From Octopus vulgaris (Eukaryota): a stretch of 64,000 nt of DNA. Shown one piece after another: positions 25,901-39,586 of the stretch. A program made the translations under genes and the position numbers. The stretch spans positions 31,992,001 to 32,056,000 of the forward strand of contig OX597833.1 in assembly GCA_951406725.2 (NCBI GenBank), given 5' to 3'. Positions within the stretch are counted from its first letter, which is position 1. Every line of letters starts with the position of its first letter. The notes below the pieces were generated by a model, which was not told where the DNA came from, did no database searches, and was given only the letters and a program-made list of their open reading frames with translations.

Positions 25901-28900
25901 CCTATAATGGTGGTGAGGGGTGCAGAAATATAGGGGAGCACCAGTGGGAGGGGTGGTTCAGAGGACAGGTTCTAGGCAAGTAGAACGTAGGATATCGAGA
26001 GAGGGGTAATGCATGGTGAAATAGCGTATTGAAGAGGGGGTTCAAAGAGTAGACACCTATAATGGTGGTGGGGGGTGCAGAAATATAGGGGAGCACCAGT
26101 GGGAGGGGTGGTTCAGAGGACAGGTTCTAGGCTAATAGAACGTAGGATATCGAGAGAAGGGTAATGCATGGTGAAATAGCGTATTGAAGAGGGGGGTTCA
26201 AAGAGTAGACACCTATAATGGTGGTGGGGGGGTGCAGAAATATAGGGGAGCACCAGTGGGAGGGGTGGTTCAGAGGACAGGTTCTAGGCAAGTAGAACGT
26301 AGGATATCGAGAGAGGGGTAATGCATGGTGAAATAGCGTATTGAAGAGGGGGGTTCAAAGAGTAGACACCTATAATGGTGGTGGGGGGTGCAGAAATATA
26401 GGGGAGCACCAGTGGGAGGGGTGGTTCAGAGGACAGGTTCTAGGCAAGTAGAACGTAGGATATCGAGAGAGGGGTAATGCATGGTGAAATAGCGTATTGA
26501 AGAGGGGGTTCAAAGAGTAGACACTTATAATGGTGGTGGGGGGGTGCAGAAATATAGGGGAGCACCAGTGGGAGGGGTGGTTCAGAGGACAGGTTCTAGG
26601 CAAGTAGAACGTAGGATATCGAGAGAGGGGTAATGCATGGTGAAATAGCGTATTGAAGAGGGGGTTCAAAGAGTAGACACCTATAATGGTGGTGGGGGGT
26701 GCAGAAATATAGGGGAGCACCAGTGGGAGGGGTGGTTCAGAGGACAGGTTCTAGGCAAGTAGAACGTAGGATATCGAGAGAGGGGTAATGCATGGTGAAA
26801 TAGCGTATTGAAGAGGGGGGTTCAAAGAGTAGACACCTATAATGGTGGTGGGGGGTGCAGAAATATAGGGGAGCACCAGTGGGAGGGGTGGTTCAGAGGA
26901 CAGGTTCTAGGCAAGTAGAACGTAGGATATCGAGAGAGGGGTAATGCATGGTGAAATAGCGTATTGAAGAGGGGGTTCAAAGAGTAGACACCTATAATGG
27001 TGGTGGGGGGTGCAGAAATATAGGGGAGCACCAGTGGGAGGGGTGGTTCAGAGGACAGGTACTAGGCAAGTAGAACGTAGGATATCGAGAGAGGGATAAT
27101 GCATGGTGAAATAGCGTATTGAAGAGGGGGGTTCAAAGAGTAGACACCTATAATGGTGGTGGGGGGTGCAGAAATATAGGGGAGCACCAGTGGGAGGGGT
27201 GGTTCAGAGGACAGGTTCTAGGCAAGTAGAACGTAGGATATCGAGAGAGGGGTAATGCATGGTGAAATAGCGTATTGAAGAGGGGGGTTCAAAGAGTAGA
27301 CACCTATAATGGTGGTGGGGGGTGCAGAAATATAGGGGAGCACCAGTGGGAGGGGTGGTTCAGAGGACAGGTTCTAGGCAAGTAGAACGTAGGATATCGA
27401 GAGAGGGGTAATGCATGGTGAAATAGCGTATTGAAGAGGGGGTTCAAAGAGTAGACACCTATAATGGTGGTGGGGGGTGCAGAAATATAGGGGAGCACCA
27501 GTGGGAGGGGTGGTTCAGAGGACAGGTTCTAGGCAAGTAGAACGTAGGATATCGAGAGAGGGGTAATGCATGGTGAAATAGCGTATTGAAGAGGGGGTTC
27601 AAAGAGTAGACACCTATAATGGTGGTGGGGGGTGCAGAAATATAGGGGAGCACCAGTGGGAGGGGTGGTTCAGAGGACAGGTTCTAGGCAAGTAGAACGT
27701 AGGATATCGAGAGAGGGGTAATGCATGGTGAAATAGCGTATTGAAGAGGGGGTTCAAAGAGTAGACACCTATAATGGTGGTGGGGGGTGCAGAAATATAG
27801 GGGAGCACCAGTGGGAGGGGTGGTTCAGAGGACAGGTTCTAGGCAAGTAGAACGTAGGATATCGAGAGAGGGGTAATGCATGGTGAAATAGCGTATTGAA
27901 GAGGGGGGTTCAAAGAGTAGACACCTATAATGGTGGTGGGGGTGCAGAAATATAGGGGAGCACCAGTGGGAGGGGTGGTTCAGAGGACAGTTTCTAGGCA
28001 AGTAGAACGTAGGATATCGAGAGAGGGGTAATGCATGGTGAAATAGCGTATTGAAGAGGGGGGTTCAAAGAGTAGACACTTATAATGGTGGTGGGGGGTG
28101 CAGAAATATAGGGGAGCACCAGTGGGAGGGGTGGTTCAGAGGACAGGTTCTAGGCAAGTAGAACGTAGGATATCGAGAGAGGGGTAATGCATGGTGAAAT
28201 AGCGTATTGAAGAGGGGGTTCAAAGAGTAGACACCTATAATGGTTGTGGGGGTGCAGAAATATAGGGGAGCACCAGTGGGAGGGGTGGTTCAGAGGACAG
28301 GTTCTAGGCAAGTAGAACGTAGGATATCGAGAGAGGGGTAATGCATGGTGAAATAGCGTATTGAAGAGGGGGGTTCAAAGAGTAGACACCTATAATGGTG
28401 GTGGGGGGGTGCAGAAATATAGGGGAGCACCAGTGGGAGGGGTGGTTCAGAGGACAGGTTCTAGGCAAGTAGAACGTAGGATATCGAGAGAGGGGTAATG
28501 CATGGTGAAATAGCGTATTGAAGAGGGGGTTCAAAGAGTAGACACCTATAATGGTGGTGGGGGGTGCAGAAATATAGGGGAGCACCAGTGGGAGGGGTGG
28601 TTCAGAGGACAGGTTCTAGGCAAGTAGAACGTAGGATATCGAGAGAGGGGTAATGCATGGTGAAATAGCGTATTGAAGAGGGGGGTTCAAAGAGTAGACA
28701 CTTATAATGGTGGTGGGGGGTGCAGAAATATAGGGGAGCACCAGTGGGAGGGGTGGTTCAGAGGACAGGTTCTAGGCAAGTAGAACGTAGGATATCGAGA
28801 GAGGGGTAATGCATGGTGAAATAGCGTATTGAAGAGGGGGGTTCAAAGAGTAGACACCTATAATGGTGGTGGGGGGTGCAGAAATATAGGGGAGCACCAG

Positions 28901-31900
28901 TGGGAGGGGTGGTTCAGAGGACAGGTTCTAGGCAAGTAGAACGTAGGATATCGAGAGAGGGGTAATGCATGGTGAAATAGCGTATTGAAGAGGGGGTTCA
29001 AAGAGTAGACACCTATAATGGTGGTGGGGGGGTGCAGAACTATAGGGGAGCACCAGTGGGAGGGGTGGTTCAGAGGACAGGTTCTAGGCAAGTTGAACGT
29101 AGGATATCGAGAGAGGGGTAATGCATGGTGAAATAGCGTATTGAAGAGGGGGGTTCAAAGAGTAGACACCTATAATGGTGGTGGGGGGTGCAGAAATATA
29201 GGGGAGCACCAGTGGGAGGGGTGGTTCAGAGGACAGGTACTAGGCAAGTAGAACGTAGGATATCGAGAGAGGGGTAATGCATGGTGAAATAGCGTATTGA
29301 AGAGGGGGGTTCAAAGAGTAGACACCTATAATGGTGGTGGGGGGTGCAGAAATATAGGGGAGCACCAGTGGGAGGGGTGGTTCAGAGGACAGGTTCTAGG
29401 CAAGTAGAACGTAGGATATCGAGAGAGGGGTAATGCATGGTGAAATAGCGTATTGAAGAGGGGGTTCAAAGAGTAGACACCTATAATGGTGGTGGGGGGT
29501 GCAGAAATATAGGGGAGCACCAGTGGGAGGGGTGGTTCAGAGGACAGGTTCTAGGCAAGTAGAACGTAGGATATCGAGAGAGGGGTAATGCATGGTGAAA
29601 TAGCGTATTGAAGAGGGGGGTTCAAAGAGTAGACACCTATAATGGTGGTGGGGGGTGCAGAAATATAGGGGAGCACCAGTGGGAGGGGTGGTTCAGAGGA
29701 CAGGTTCTAGGCAAGTAGAACGTAGGATATCGAGAGAGGGGTAATGCATGGTGAAATAGCGTATTGAAGAGGGGGTTCAAAGAGTAGACACCTATAATGG
29801 TGGTGGGGGGGTGCAGAAATATAGGGGAGCACCAGTGGGAGGGGTGGTTCAGAGGACAGGTTCTAGGCAAGTAGAACGTAGGATATCGAGAGAGGGGTAA
29901 TGCATGGTGAAATAGCGTATTGAAGAGGGGGTTCAAAGAGTAGACACCTATAATGGTGGTGGGGGGTGCAGAAATATAGGGGAGCACCAGTGGGAGGGGT
30001 GGTTCAGAGGACAGGTTCTAGGCAAGTAGAACGTAGGATATCGAGAGAGGGGTAATGCATGGTGAAATAGCGTATTGAAGAGGGGGGTTCAAAGAGTAGA
30101 CACCTATAATGGTGGTGGGGGGTGCAGAAATATAGGGGAGCACCAGTGGGAGGGGTGGTTCAGAGGACAGGTTCTAGGCAAGTAGAACGTAGGATATCGA
30201 GAGAGGGGTAATGCATGGTGAAATAGCGTATTGAAGAGGGGGTTCAAAGAGTAGATACCTATAATGGTGGTGGGGGGGTGCAGAAATATAGGGGAGCACC
30301 AGTGGGAGGGGTGGTTCAGAGGACAGGTTCTAGGCAAGTAGAACGTAGGATATCGAGAGAGGGGTAATGCATGGTGAAATAGCGTATTGAAGAGGGGGGT
30401 TCAAAGAGTAGACACCTATAATGGTGGTGGGGGGTGCAGAAATATAGGGGAGCACCAGTGGGAGGGGTGGTTCAGAGGACAGGTTCTAGGCAAGTAGAAC
30501 GTAGGATATCGAGAGAGGGGTAATGCATGGTGAAATAGCGTATTGAAGAGGGGGGTTCAAAGAGTAGACACCTATAATGGTGGTGGGGGGTGCAGAAATA
30601 TAGGGGAGCACCAGTGGGAGGGGTGGTTCAGAGGACAGGTTCTAGGCAAGTAGAACGTAGGATATCGAGAGAGGGGTAATGCATGGTGAAATAGCGTATT
30701 GAAGAGGGGTGTTCAAAGAGTAGACACCTTATAATGGTGGTGGGGGGGTGCAGAAATATAGGGGAGCACCAGTGGGAGGGGTGGTTCAGAGGACAGGTTC
30801 TAGGCAAGTAGAACGTAGGATATCGAGAGAGGGGTAATGCATGGTGAAATAGCGTATTGAAGAGGGGGTTCAAAGAGTAGACACCTATAATGGTGGTGGG
30901 GGGTGCAGAAATATAGGGGAGCACCAGTGGGAGGGGTGGTTCAGAGGACAGGTTCTAGGCAAGTAGAACGTAGGATATCGAGAGAGGGGTAATGCATGGT
31001 GAAATAGCGTATTGAAGAGGGGGGTTCAAAGAGTAGACACCTATAATGGTGGTGGGGGGTGCAGAAATATAGGGGAGCACCAGTGGGAGGGGTGGTTCAG
31101 AGGACAGGTTCTAGGCAAGTAGAACGTAGGATATCGAGAGAGGGGTAATGCATGGTGAAATAGCGTATTGAAGAGGGGGTTCAAAGAGTAGACACCTATA
31201 ATGGTGGTGGGGGGTGCAGAAATATAGGGGAGCACCAGTGGGAGGGGTGGTTCAGAGGACAGGTTCTAGGCAAGTAGAACGTAGGATATCGAGAGAGGGG
31301 TAATGCATGGTGAAATAGCGTAATGAAGAGGGGAGTTCAAATAGTAGACACCTATAATGGTGGTGGGGGGTGCAGAAATATAGGGGAGCACCAGTGGGAG
31401 GGGTGGTTCAGAGGACAGGTACTAGGCAAGTAGAACGTAGGATATCGAGAGAGGGGTAATGCATGGTGAAATAGCGTATTGAATAGGGGGTTCAAAGAGT
31501 AGACACCTATAATGGTGGTGGGGGGTGCAGAAATATAGGGGAGCACCAGTGGGAGGGGTGGTTCAGAGGACAGGTTCTAGGCAAGTAGAACGTAGGATAT
31601 CGAGAGAGGGGTAATGCATGGTGAAATAGCGTATTGAAGAGGGGGTTCAAAGAGTAGACACCTATAATGGTGGTGGGGGGTGCAGAAATATAGGGGAGCA
31701 CCAGTGGGAGGGGTGGTTCAGAGGACAGGTTCTAGGCAAGTAGAACGAAGGATATCGAGAGAGGGGTAATGCATGGTGAAATAGCGTATTGAAGAGGGGG
31801 TTCAAAGAGTAGACACCTATAATGGTGGTGGGGGGGTGCAGAAATATAGGGGAGCACCAGTGGGAGGGGTGGTTCAGAGGACAGGTTCTAGGCAAGTAGA

Positions 31901-33545
31901 ACGTAGGATATCGAGAGAGGGGTAATGCATGGTGAAATAGCGTATTGAAGAGGGGGGTTCAAAGAGTAGACACCTATAATGGTGGTGGGGGCTGCAGAAA
32001 TATAGGGGAGCACCAGTGGGAGGGGTGGTTCAGAGGACAGGTTCTAGGCAAGTAGAACGTAGGATATCGAGAGAGGGGTAATGCATGGTGAAATAGCGTA
32101 TTGAAGAGGGGGTTCAAAGAGTAGACACCTATAATGGTGGTGGGGGGTGCAGAAATATAGGGGAGCACCAGTGGGAGGGGTGGTTCAGAGGACAGGTTCT
32201 AGGCAAGTAGAACGTAGGATATCGAGAGAGGGGTAATGCATGGTGAAATAGCGTATTGAAGAGGGGGGTTCAAAGAGTAGACACCTATAATGGTGGTGGG
32301 GGGTGCAGAACTATAGGGGAGCACCAGTGGGAGGGGTGGTTCAGAGGACAGGTTCTAGGCAAGTAGAACGTAGGATATCGAGAGAGGGGTAATGCATGGT
32401 GAAATAGCGTATTGAAGAGGGGAGTTCAAAGAGTAGACACCTATAATGGTGGTGGGGGGTGCAGAAATATAGGGGAGCACCAGTGGGAGGGGTGGTTCAC
32501 AGGACAGGTACTAGGCAAGTAGAACGTAGGATATCGAGAGAGGGGTAATGCATGGTGAAATAGCGTATTGAAGAGGGGGTTCAAAGAGTAGACACCTATA
32601 ATGGTGGTGGGGGGTGCAGAAATATAGGGGAGCACCAGTGGGAGGGGTGGTTCAGAGGACAGGTTCTAGGCAAGTAGAACGTAGGATATCGAGAGAGGGG
32701 TAATGCATGGTGAAATAGCGTATTGAAGAGGGGGTTCAAAGAGTAGACACCTATAATGGTGGTGGGGGGGTGCAGAAATATAGGGGAGCCCCAGTGGGAG
32801 GGGTGGTTCAGAGGACAGGTTCTAGGCAAGTAGAACGTAGGATATCGAGAGAGGGGTAATGCATGGTGAAATAGCGTATTGAAGAGGGGGGTTCAAAGAG
32901 TAGACACCTATAATGGTGGTGGGGGGTGCAGAAATATAGGGGAGCACCAGTGGGAGGGGTGGTTCAGAGGACAGGTTCTAGGCAAGTAGAACGTAGGATA
33001 TCGAGAGAGGGGTAATGCATGGTGAAATAGCGTATTGAAGAGGGGGTTCAAAGAGTAGACACCTATAATGGTGGTGGGGGGTGCAGAAATATAGGGGAGC
33101 ACCAGTGGGAGGGGTGGTTCAGAGGACAGGTTCTAGGCAAGTAGAACGTAGGATATCGAGAGAGGGGTAATGCATGGTGAAATAGCGTATTGAAGAGGGG
33201 GTTCAAAGAGTAGACACCTATAATGGTGGTGGGGGGGTGCAGAAATATAGGGGAGCACCAGTGGGAGGGGTGGTTCAGAGGACAGGTTCTAGGCAAGTAG
33301 AACGTAGGATATCGAGAGAGGGGTAATGCATGGTGAAATAGCGTATTGAATAGGGGGGTTCAAAGAGTAGACACCTATAATGGTGGTGGGGGGTGCAGAA
33401 ATATAGGGGAGCACCAGTGGGAGGGGTGGTTCAGAGGAGAGGTACTAGGCAAGTAGAACGTAGGATATCGAGAGAGGGGTAATGCATGGTGAAATAGCCT
33501 ATTGAAGAGGGGGTTCAAAGAGTAGACACCTATAATGGTGGTGGG
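22941..33545. repeat. Satellite array, 155-157 bp monomer, about 68 near-identical copies, G-rich on the + strand
   Basis: Unit TGCAGAAATATAGGGGAGCACCAGTGGGAGGGGTGGTTCAGAGGACAGGTTCTAGGCAAGTAGAACGTAGGATATCGAGAGAGGGGTAATGCATGGTGAAATAGCGTATTGAAGAG(G)nTTCAAAGAGTAGACACCTATAATGGTGGT(G)n; length variation lies mainly in the two G runs. Confidence 0.98.
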
Positions 33546-33623
33546 AGAAACGACATCCGGTATAGTTGGAGCAAAATAGAGATATCCGGTATTGCTGGTG
33601 GGGGTGGGTAGGGCGGGCGCGCG

Positions 33624-34505
33624 GCGAAGAATCGGCAGCCAATTTCTAATCAGCCCTGTAAGGGAGATAGATATTAAATATCTATAACGATAACTAGTGA
33701 ATTATACAGAATATGCAAAAACGAGGCGAGGCTGAAATAGTAAACAGAGTGGCGACTAGGGGGATCAGAATAATAATAATTAATAAATAATAATAATAAT
33801 AAATAGAGATACGGATGAATTAAAGTTCAAAGATTTCTTATCTTGGGATCACTTCGTTTACGGACAGACTTGGCAAAAGGAATTCGGAATCAAGAGTGAG
33901 GCAGGTTACTAGCTTAAGTATGCATAGCCATGGCGAGGGGTAGGAAGAGAGGAGTCCAGACAGACGACAATGTAAAAAGAGGGGGAGAGAAGGGAAGAGA
34001 AAAACCCCGCGAAGAATCGGCAGCCAATTTCTAATCAGCCCTGTAAAGGAGATAGATATTAAATATCTATAACGATAACTAGTGAATTATACAGAATATG
34101 CAAAAACGAGGCGAGGCTGAAATAGTAAACAGAGTGGCGACTAGGGGGATCAGAATAATAATAATTAATAAATAATAATAATAATAAATAGAGATACGGA
34201 TGAATTAAAGTTCAAAGATTTCTTATCTTGGGATCACTTCGTTTACGGACAGACTTGGCAAAAGGAATTCGGAATCAAGAGTGAGGCAGGTTACTAGCTT
34301 AAGTATGCATAGCCATGGCGAGGGGTAGGAAGAGAGGAGTCCAGACAGACGACAATGTAAAAAGAGGGGGAGAGAAGGGAAGAGAAAAACCCCGCGAAGA
34401 ATCGGCAGCCAATTTCTAATCAGCCCTGTAAAGGAGATAGATATTAAATATCTATAACGATAACTAGTGAATTATACAGAATATGCAAAAACGAGGCGAG
34501 GCTGA
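33624..34505. repeat. 385 bp tandem repeat, about 2.3 copies
   Basis: CGAAGAATCGGCAGCC recurs at 33625, 34010 and 34395; copies are almost identical; the last one is cut by (TA)n. Confidence 0.95.
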
Positions 34506-34507
34506 TA

Positions 34508-34626
<119 letters not shown>

Positions 34627-34799
34627 TAAATGTGTGTGTGTTTATATATGTAACGGCTTCAAATTTTTGGTTGTAACGGGAGAAATTGATTGGTAAACAA
34701 TGTTATGCTGATGATGTTGGTGTCTGCGGTTGTAACGATCAAAAGTTATTGTTATTATATATATATATATGTATATATATATATGTATATATATATATG

Positions 34800-34869
<70 letters not shown>

Positions 34870-34879
34870 TAAATAAAAA

Positions 34880-34993
34880 TTAAATATAAATAAAACAAGT
34901 CTTTTACGTTTCGAGCCTACGTTCTTCAACAGAAAGATACACAGAAAAGAAACACGGAGAGAAACAAGGAAAGAAAAAAAATGCGTGCAGAAG

Positions 34994-35041
<48 letters not shown>

Positions 35042-35121
35042 CTGACCGCCATACTAATACAATTGTTTGTTTGTACTCCACCTGCCTTCGTCTTTTGTTT
35101 ATTTTCATAAAGCTTCCCGTT
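34880..35121. mobile_element. PLE-like terminal remnants in opposite orientations, separated by (TA)n; HHR-like motif on the minus strand at 34900-34937
   Basis: Minus strand TCTTT-CTGTTGA-AGAACGTAGGCTC-GAAA-CG-TA-AAAGA; 35039-35121 matches 11851-11932. Confidence 0.6.
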
Positions 35122-35461
35122 ATATATATATATATATAATTACGTGTAAATGCGTATATATATGTATATGTATATATGTGTGTGTATATACATATATATA
35201 TATATATATAAATGTATATGTAGCCATTTATTTATATTTGTGTGAGTGTGTGTGTATGTATGTGTGTGTACACACACATACACAGGCGCACGCGCACACA
35301 CATATATGCTAAGTTAAAGAAATGAGGACCACTAGTGTCGCGAACCGTGCTTTAAGTTATTAGAAAAGTATATTTTTTTGAGTATATACGCAAACCTTAC
35401 ATAGTTCCGACTAGCCGCGCGAAGGTAGTTATGTATGTATGTATGTATGTATGTATGTATG

Positions 35462-35492
<31 letters not shown>

Positions 35493-36179
35493 GCACGAGC
35501 GTTCGCGTGTGAAAATTTTCTATTTACATGTACATTGTGCTATTATTACAGACATAAGTCAATGAGGCATATTAATAGGGATTCGTTTGTTTGACACGTG
35601 GGTGACATATAGCGTGCCGTATGTCTGTTTACGTATCTATCTGAGTGTCGATGTCCTTGTTTTGTTGGGGTTTTGACAGATCTGTCCTGACTAATGAGTC
35701 CTAGAATTAAAGGTTTTCCTACTATGACCATTCCGTCTTATTTTCGAATATTGTTTATTGAGGATTATAATTTTTCACGCCACCGCATCTTTTTGAATCA
35801 AATAAACACCACATCAACCACAACCTTATTTTACACTAAATGTCGAGTTATATTAAGTTATAACCGCTTACGTTCTGAGTTCAAAGCGCCCGCTTATTTA
35901 CTTAGTTTTTTTTCTTTTATTCACTCTCTTGTTGTCTGTAAAATATATACCCGTAATACAGTGTCAAATGTAAGTCGTACCAGGCAATAGTGCTTTCTTC
36001 CTGGTTGTATGAAATTGAACAATCTACAAAACTCAAGTAGACAAGTTACATGCATATATGAGGAGACATCTGCGACGAATTATGAATTGGTAAGATCAGC
36101 AATGAAGAGATCCAATGGCGTGCTGGTCACCTTCCTATGATAGAAATCCTCATTGATAGAAATTTATGTTGGTTGGGTT

Positions 36180-39100
36180 CATCATCATTCATCATTGTTC
36201 GACCGTGGTCGAGACAATGGAATTTACTATGTTACGCCAGACTTCACGGTCCATCATAGCATTACGGAGGTCCTGTTGCTGGATGCCTGTATCCCTGGAG
36301 ATTACATCAGGGTAGGAGAGTGTGCGCCCTCTGGTATTGCGAGTAGATGGCTTCCAGAGGAGAAGAGTAGAAATTACTTCTTTTTCAGCTCTACAACAAG
36401 GGTAGCTTCACAAGAGATGACACAGGTGGTAATTTCCCATATATTTGCATTTTGGTTGGATGGCGCTTCCACGAGAGATTTTGAGCTCTCATAAGGAGGC
36501 GAGTGTAGGTTCCATTCAACCGCCTCTCAAGCTTCTTTGATAACGTCCAGGTTTCTGAGCCATATAGTAGAATTGGTTCGACTGTGGCTTTGAATATTTC
36601 AAGTTTGAAGTCTCTACTTAGATTTGATGACCAGATCTTATGCATGTCATTACAGGCTGACCAGGCCATACCCTTTCTAGTTAGAAAGTCTTTTCCAGAT
36701 GATGATATGTATGACCCAAGATATTTATAATCAGAAACCATATTTAAAGGCGCACTGTTGAGAGTGTGGATGATGGATGCAATCGCTGTTGGACAGGCAC
36801 TTGTTTATGTATTCAGTTTTGGCCTCATTGAGGTAAAGACCTACACAATTTGAGGCTTGTTCAAGAGATTGTAAAAGAGACTGGGCATTGGAGAGAGAAT
36901 CACTGATAAGAGCGATGTCGTCAGCAAAGTCAGTGTCTGTCAAGTACTCAGCTGGGTGTCTGGAACTTCTTCTTGGTTTTATTTCAAAGCCCTTGCCAGA
37001 GATGGTATCAACTGACATACGTAGCACATAATCAACAACAATGATGAAAAGAAATTGGGCGAGTGTGTCTCCCTGCAGTATTCCGGCTTTGATTGAGAAA
37101 GATGATGTTTTTCCATCAGGGGTTAAGATGGTTGAAGACGTATCTGTGTAGAGGACCTTGATGGCAGAAATAATTTTGTCTGGTATCCCATAGAGCTTAA
37201 GGATTTCAAACATCTTGTACCTATCTACAGAATCGAACGCTTTAGAAAAGTCTACAAATACCATTGCAAGATCGCGATTAAATGCTTTTGATTCTTCAAT
37301 AAGTCTGCACAGGCATAGTATCTGGCTCAGCGTTGAGCGCCCATGTCTGAATCCATTTTGGTTCTTTCGGAGCAAAGGTTCAACAAAAAGGACAAGACGA
37401 TTTAGGATCAGTTTGTTGTACAGTTTTGCAGCAATTGACATTAGAGATATGCCCTTGTAGTTGGTGACGAGGGACAAATCGCCTTTTTTGGGTATTGGAA
37501 TGATTTGAGATTGGTGCCAAATCTTTGGAGCGACAAAGGTGGAAAGTGTGTGGTTGCAGAGGTTGAGCAAAAGTGTGTGAAATCTATCATCCTTCCAAAT
37601 TACAGCTGGGATGTTGTCGGGACCAAATGCTTTCGAGGCTTTTAGTTGCTTGGTGGCTGCTGTTAGTTCAAATATGGTAAAAGAGGAGGTGTTGATGTCC
37701 AGAGTGTCTGATATAGGCACACTTGGAAGAGTGGGGTTATCAGGGATTTTGGCATTCTTCCCAAGGAGGTTTTTAAAATGGGTTGATCAATTTTCTAAAC
37801 GCTTCTTAGCTGATCCCCCTTTAATTCTAATTGATGACCCAGAATTTTTGCCTGATAGGTCTTTGATGGATTTCCAGGCGAGATGGTGTTTTTTACTAAT
37901 GTGCTCTTTCGATAGTTTACTAATTTTGCCATTGATAAATTCGACCTCGGCGTTCAAGTAAGCCTCAGCAAGATTCTTCCTGGCAGCTATGAGTTGGATC
38001 TTCAGTGACTGGGATGGAGAACGGTGGTAAGCTAGTGATATAGACTTTAGATGGTTTCTGGCTTCGATGACATTTGGGGAATTAGAAGGTTTGCTCTGGC
38101 CCCTACTCTTCCTTTTGGGAAGAGTAGCCAGTGCAACTTCCTCTGTTGATTTGATGAGGCTGCTGTATACTTCCTCAATGTTCTCAGCATATATTTCAGA
38201 AGTAGACAGAGATTGAAATGTGTTATAGACCTCAATAGTAAATTGTTTGGACATATCGGGGTTAGATAAGACTTCCTCCCAGTCGATCATTTTGATCGGG
38301 TGAGGCTTAGTTTTTTTGAATGAGCGAAGACTAAGCTTAACGGTAGCTGATACAATTCTGTGGTCAGAGCCGACAGGACTAAAGGAAGAGTAGGATCTCG
38401 AGTCTTTAACACTATTGCGCCATTTCTTTCGAAAGATGAGGTAGTCAATTTGTGCCCTATTACCAAGTGGGGACTCAAATGTCCAAAGTTGACCTTTTGG
38501 TTTCATAAAAGAATTGTTGGAGGTGTAGAGATTAAATTCCCCCAAGAAGTCTTTGAGCATTTCTCCGTTCCGATTGGTTTTAGAGTTGAAAGTAAACTTG
38601 GTCTCATCGGGTCCTAGTCTAGCATTCAGATCACCAGCTATAACCAGAAAATTATGGAGAGGTACTTGCTCAATGGTTGAACGAAGGGTTGTATAAAAAT
38701 TTTCAATTTCGTCTGCCACAGACGAATTATGTGGGCTATACACACATACCAATGTTGTTTTTGGGTTTCCATCTATCTCAAGCACCATAATTCTAGGTGA
38801 GATTGACTCTATACTCAAGAGAGTATCACTAGCTTTTGATGAAAGTAGAAATCCGATACCTCTAACTGTTGAATTAACAGTATTCTTTGATGCTGAGGAG
38901 GTTACAAGTTGATAAGAACCGACTTGATGGTATTTGAGGATGTTGTCAGAGTGGTAAAATCGGTGTTCTTGGACAGCTATTATATCAATGCCATGTGATT
39001 CTGCATTTGCACCAAGTTCTTATAGACGGCCAAGAGAGCCGAAGGTGCGGGCATTGAGGGTGCTGAGTATCGTATGATTTTTACAGCTGATGAGGTGTTT

Positions 39101-39580
39101 GTTTGGTGTTGTTTGGTTGGGGGCTGACTCTTCTCCATCAGGTGATACCCGTCTGTTAAGATTGAGGGCATCACCGTCAATGGATGCCCTTGGAGGTGCA
39201 ACATGATCAGAGACAGGACCCGGCAAAGCAGGGGCTGGACCTACATCCGCAGGTATACCATTAGGTCTGGTTCCCTGGGGAAGAGGAACCCTGGTGTAGT
39301 TAATTGTAAATTCCATAGTCTTTTCAAATGGCTAATAATGTGTGCGCGCGCCACTACTACACACATTGGAATGCATTGTACAACCAAGTACTAAAGAAGA
39401 TCTTTCCTCCTCCATGAAACAAAGCTGTTCCCGCTGGACGTCAACCAGTATTTCTAAGCTACGGACCGAGTGATTTATTGTAAGGTTATCTCCCTAGACA
39501 GATTGCCTTCACTACGGCTAAGGAGCCCTTTCTACCCCACTGACACAGGTTGTACTGGTTTACAGTTTACCAGTAGTAGG
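36180..39580 (-). mobile_element. Near full-length RTE-clade LINE (APE endonuclease plus RT), inactivated by a few stops, frameshifts and a deletion
   Basis: APE motifs STLNART, AGDLNARLG, NRNGEML, QIDYL, SDHRIV (37787-39100). RT motifs YKGISLMS, QNGFR, FVDFSKAFDSV, GILQGDTLA, DFADDIAL (36731-37720). Then YKYLGS, LLYGSETW, C-terminal AMMDREVWR and an (ATG)n-like tail. Confidence 0.93.
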
Positions 39581-39586
39581 ATCCGA

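Noticed and set aside
23086-33296. Repeated 64-116 aa ORFs (MLPYISAPPTT...) in the satellite
   Set aside because: Frames open and close with G-run length variation and start at non-ATG codons; this is a by-product of the tandem repeat.
22941-33545. CRISPR-like or retrozyme interpretation of the array
   Set aside because: There are no unique spacers, and TTGAAGA is not followed by a GAAA core or pairing stems, so there is no hammerhead.
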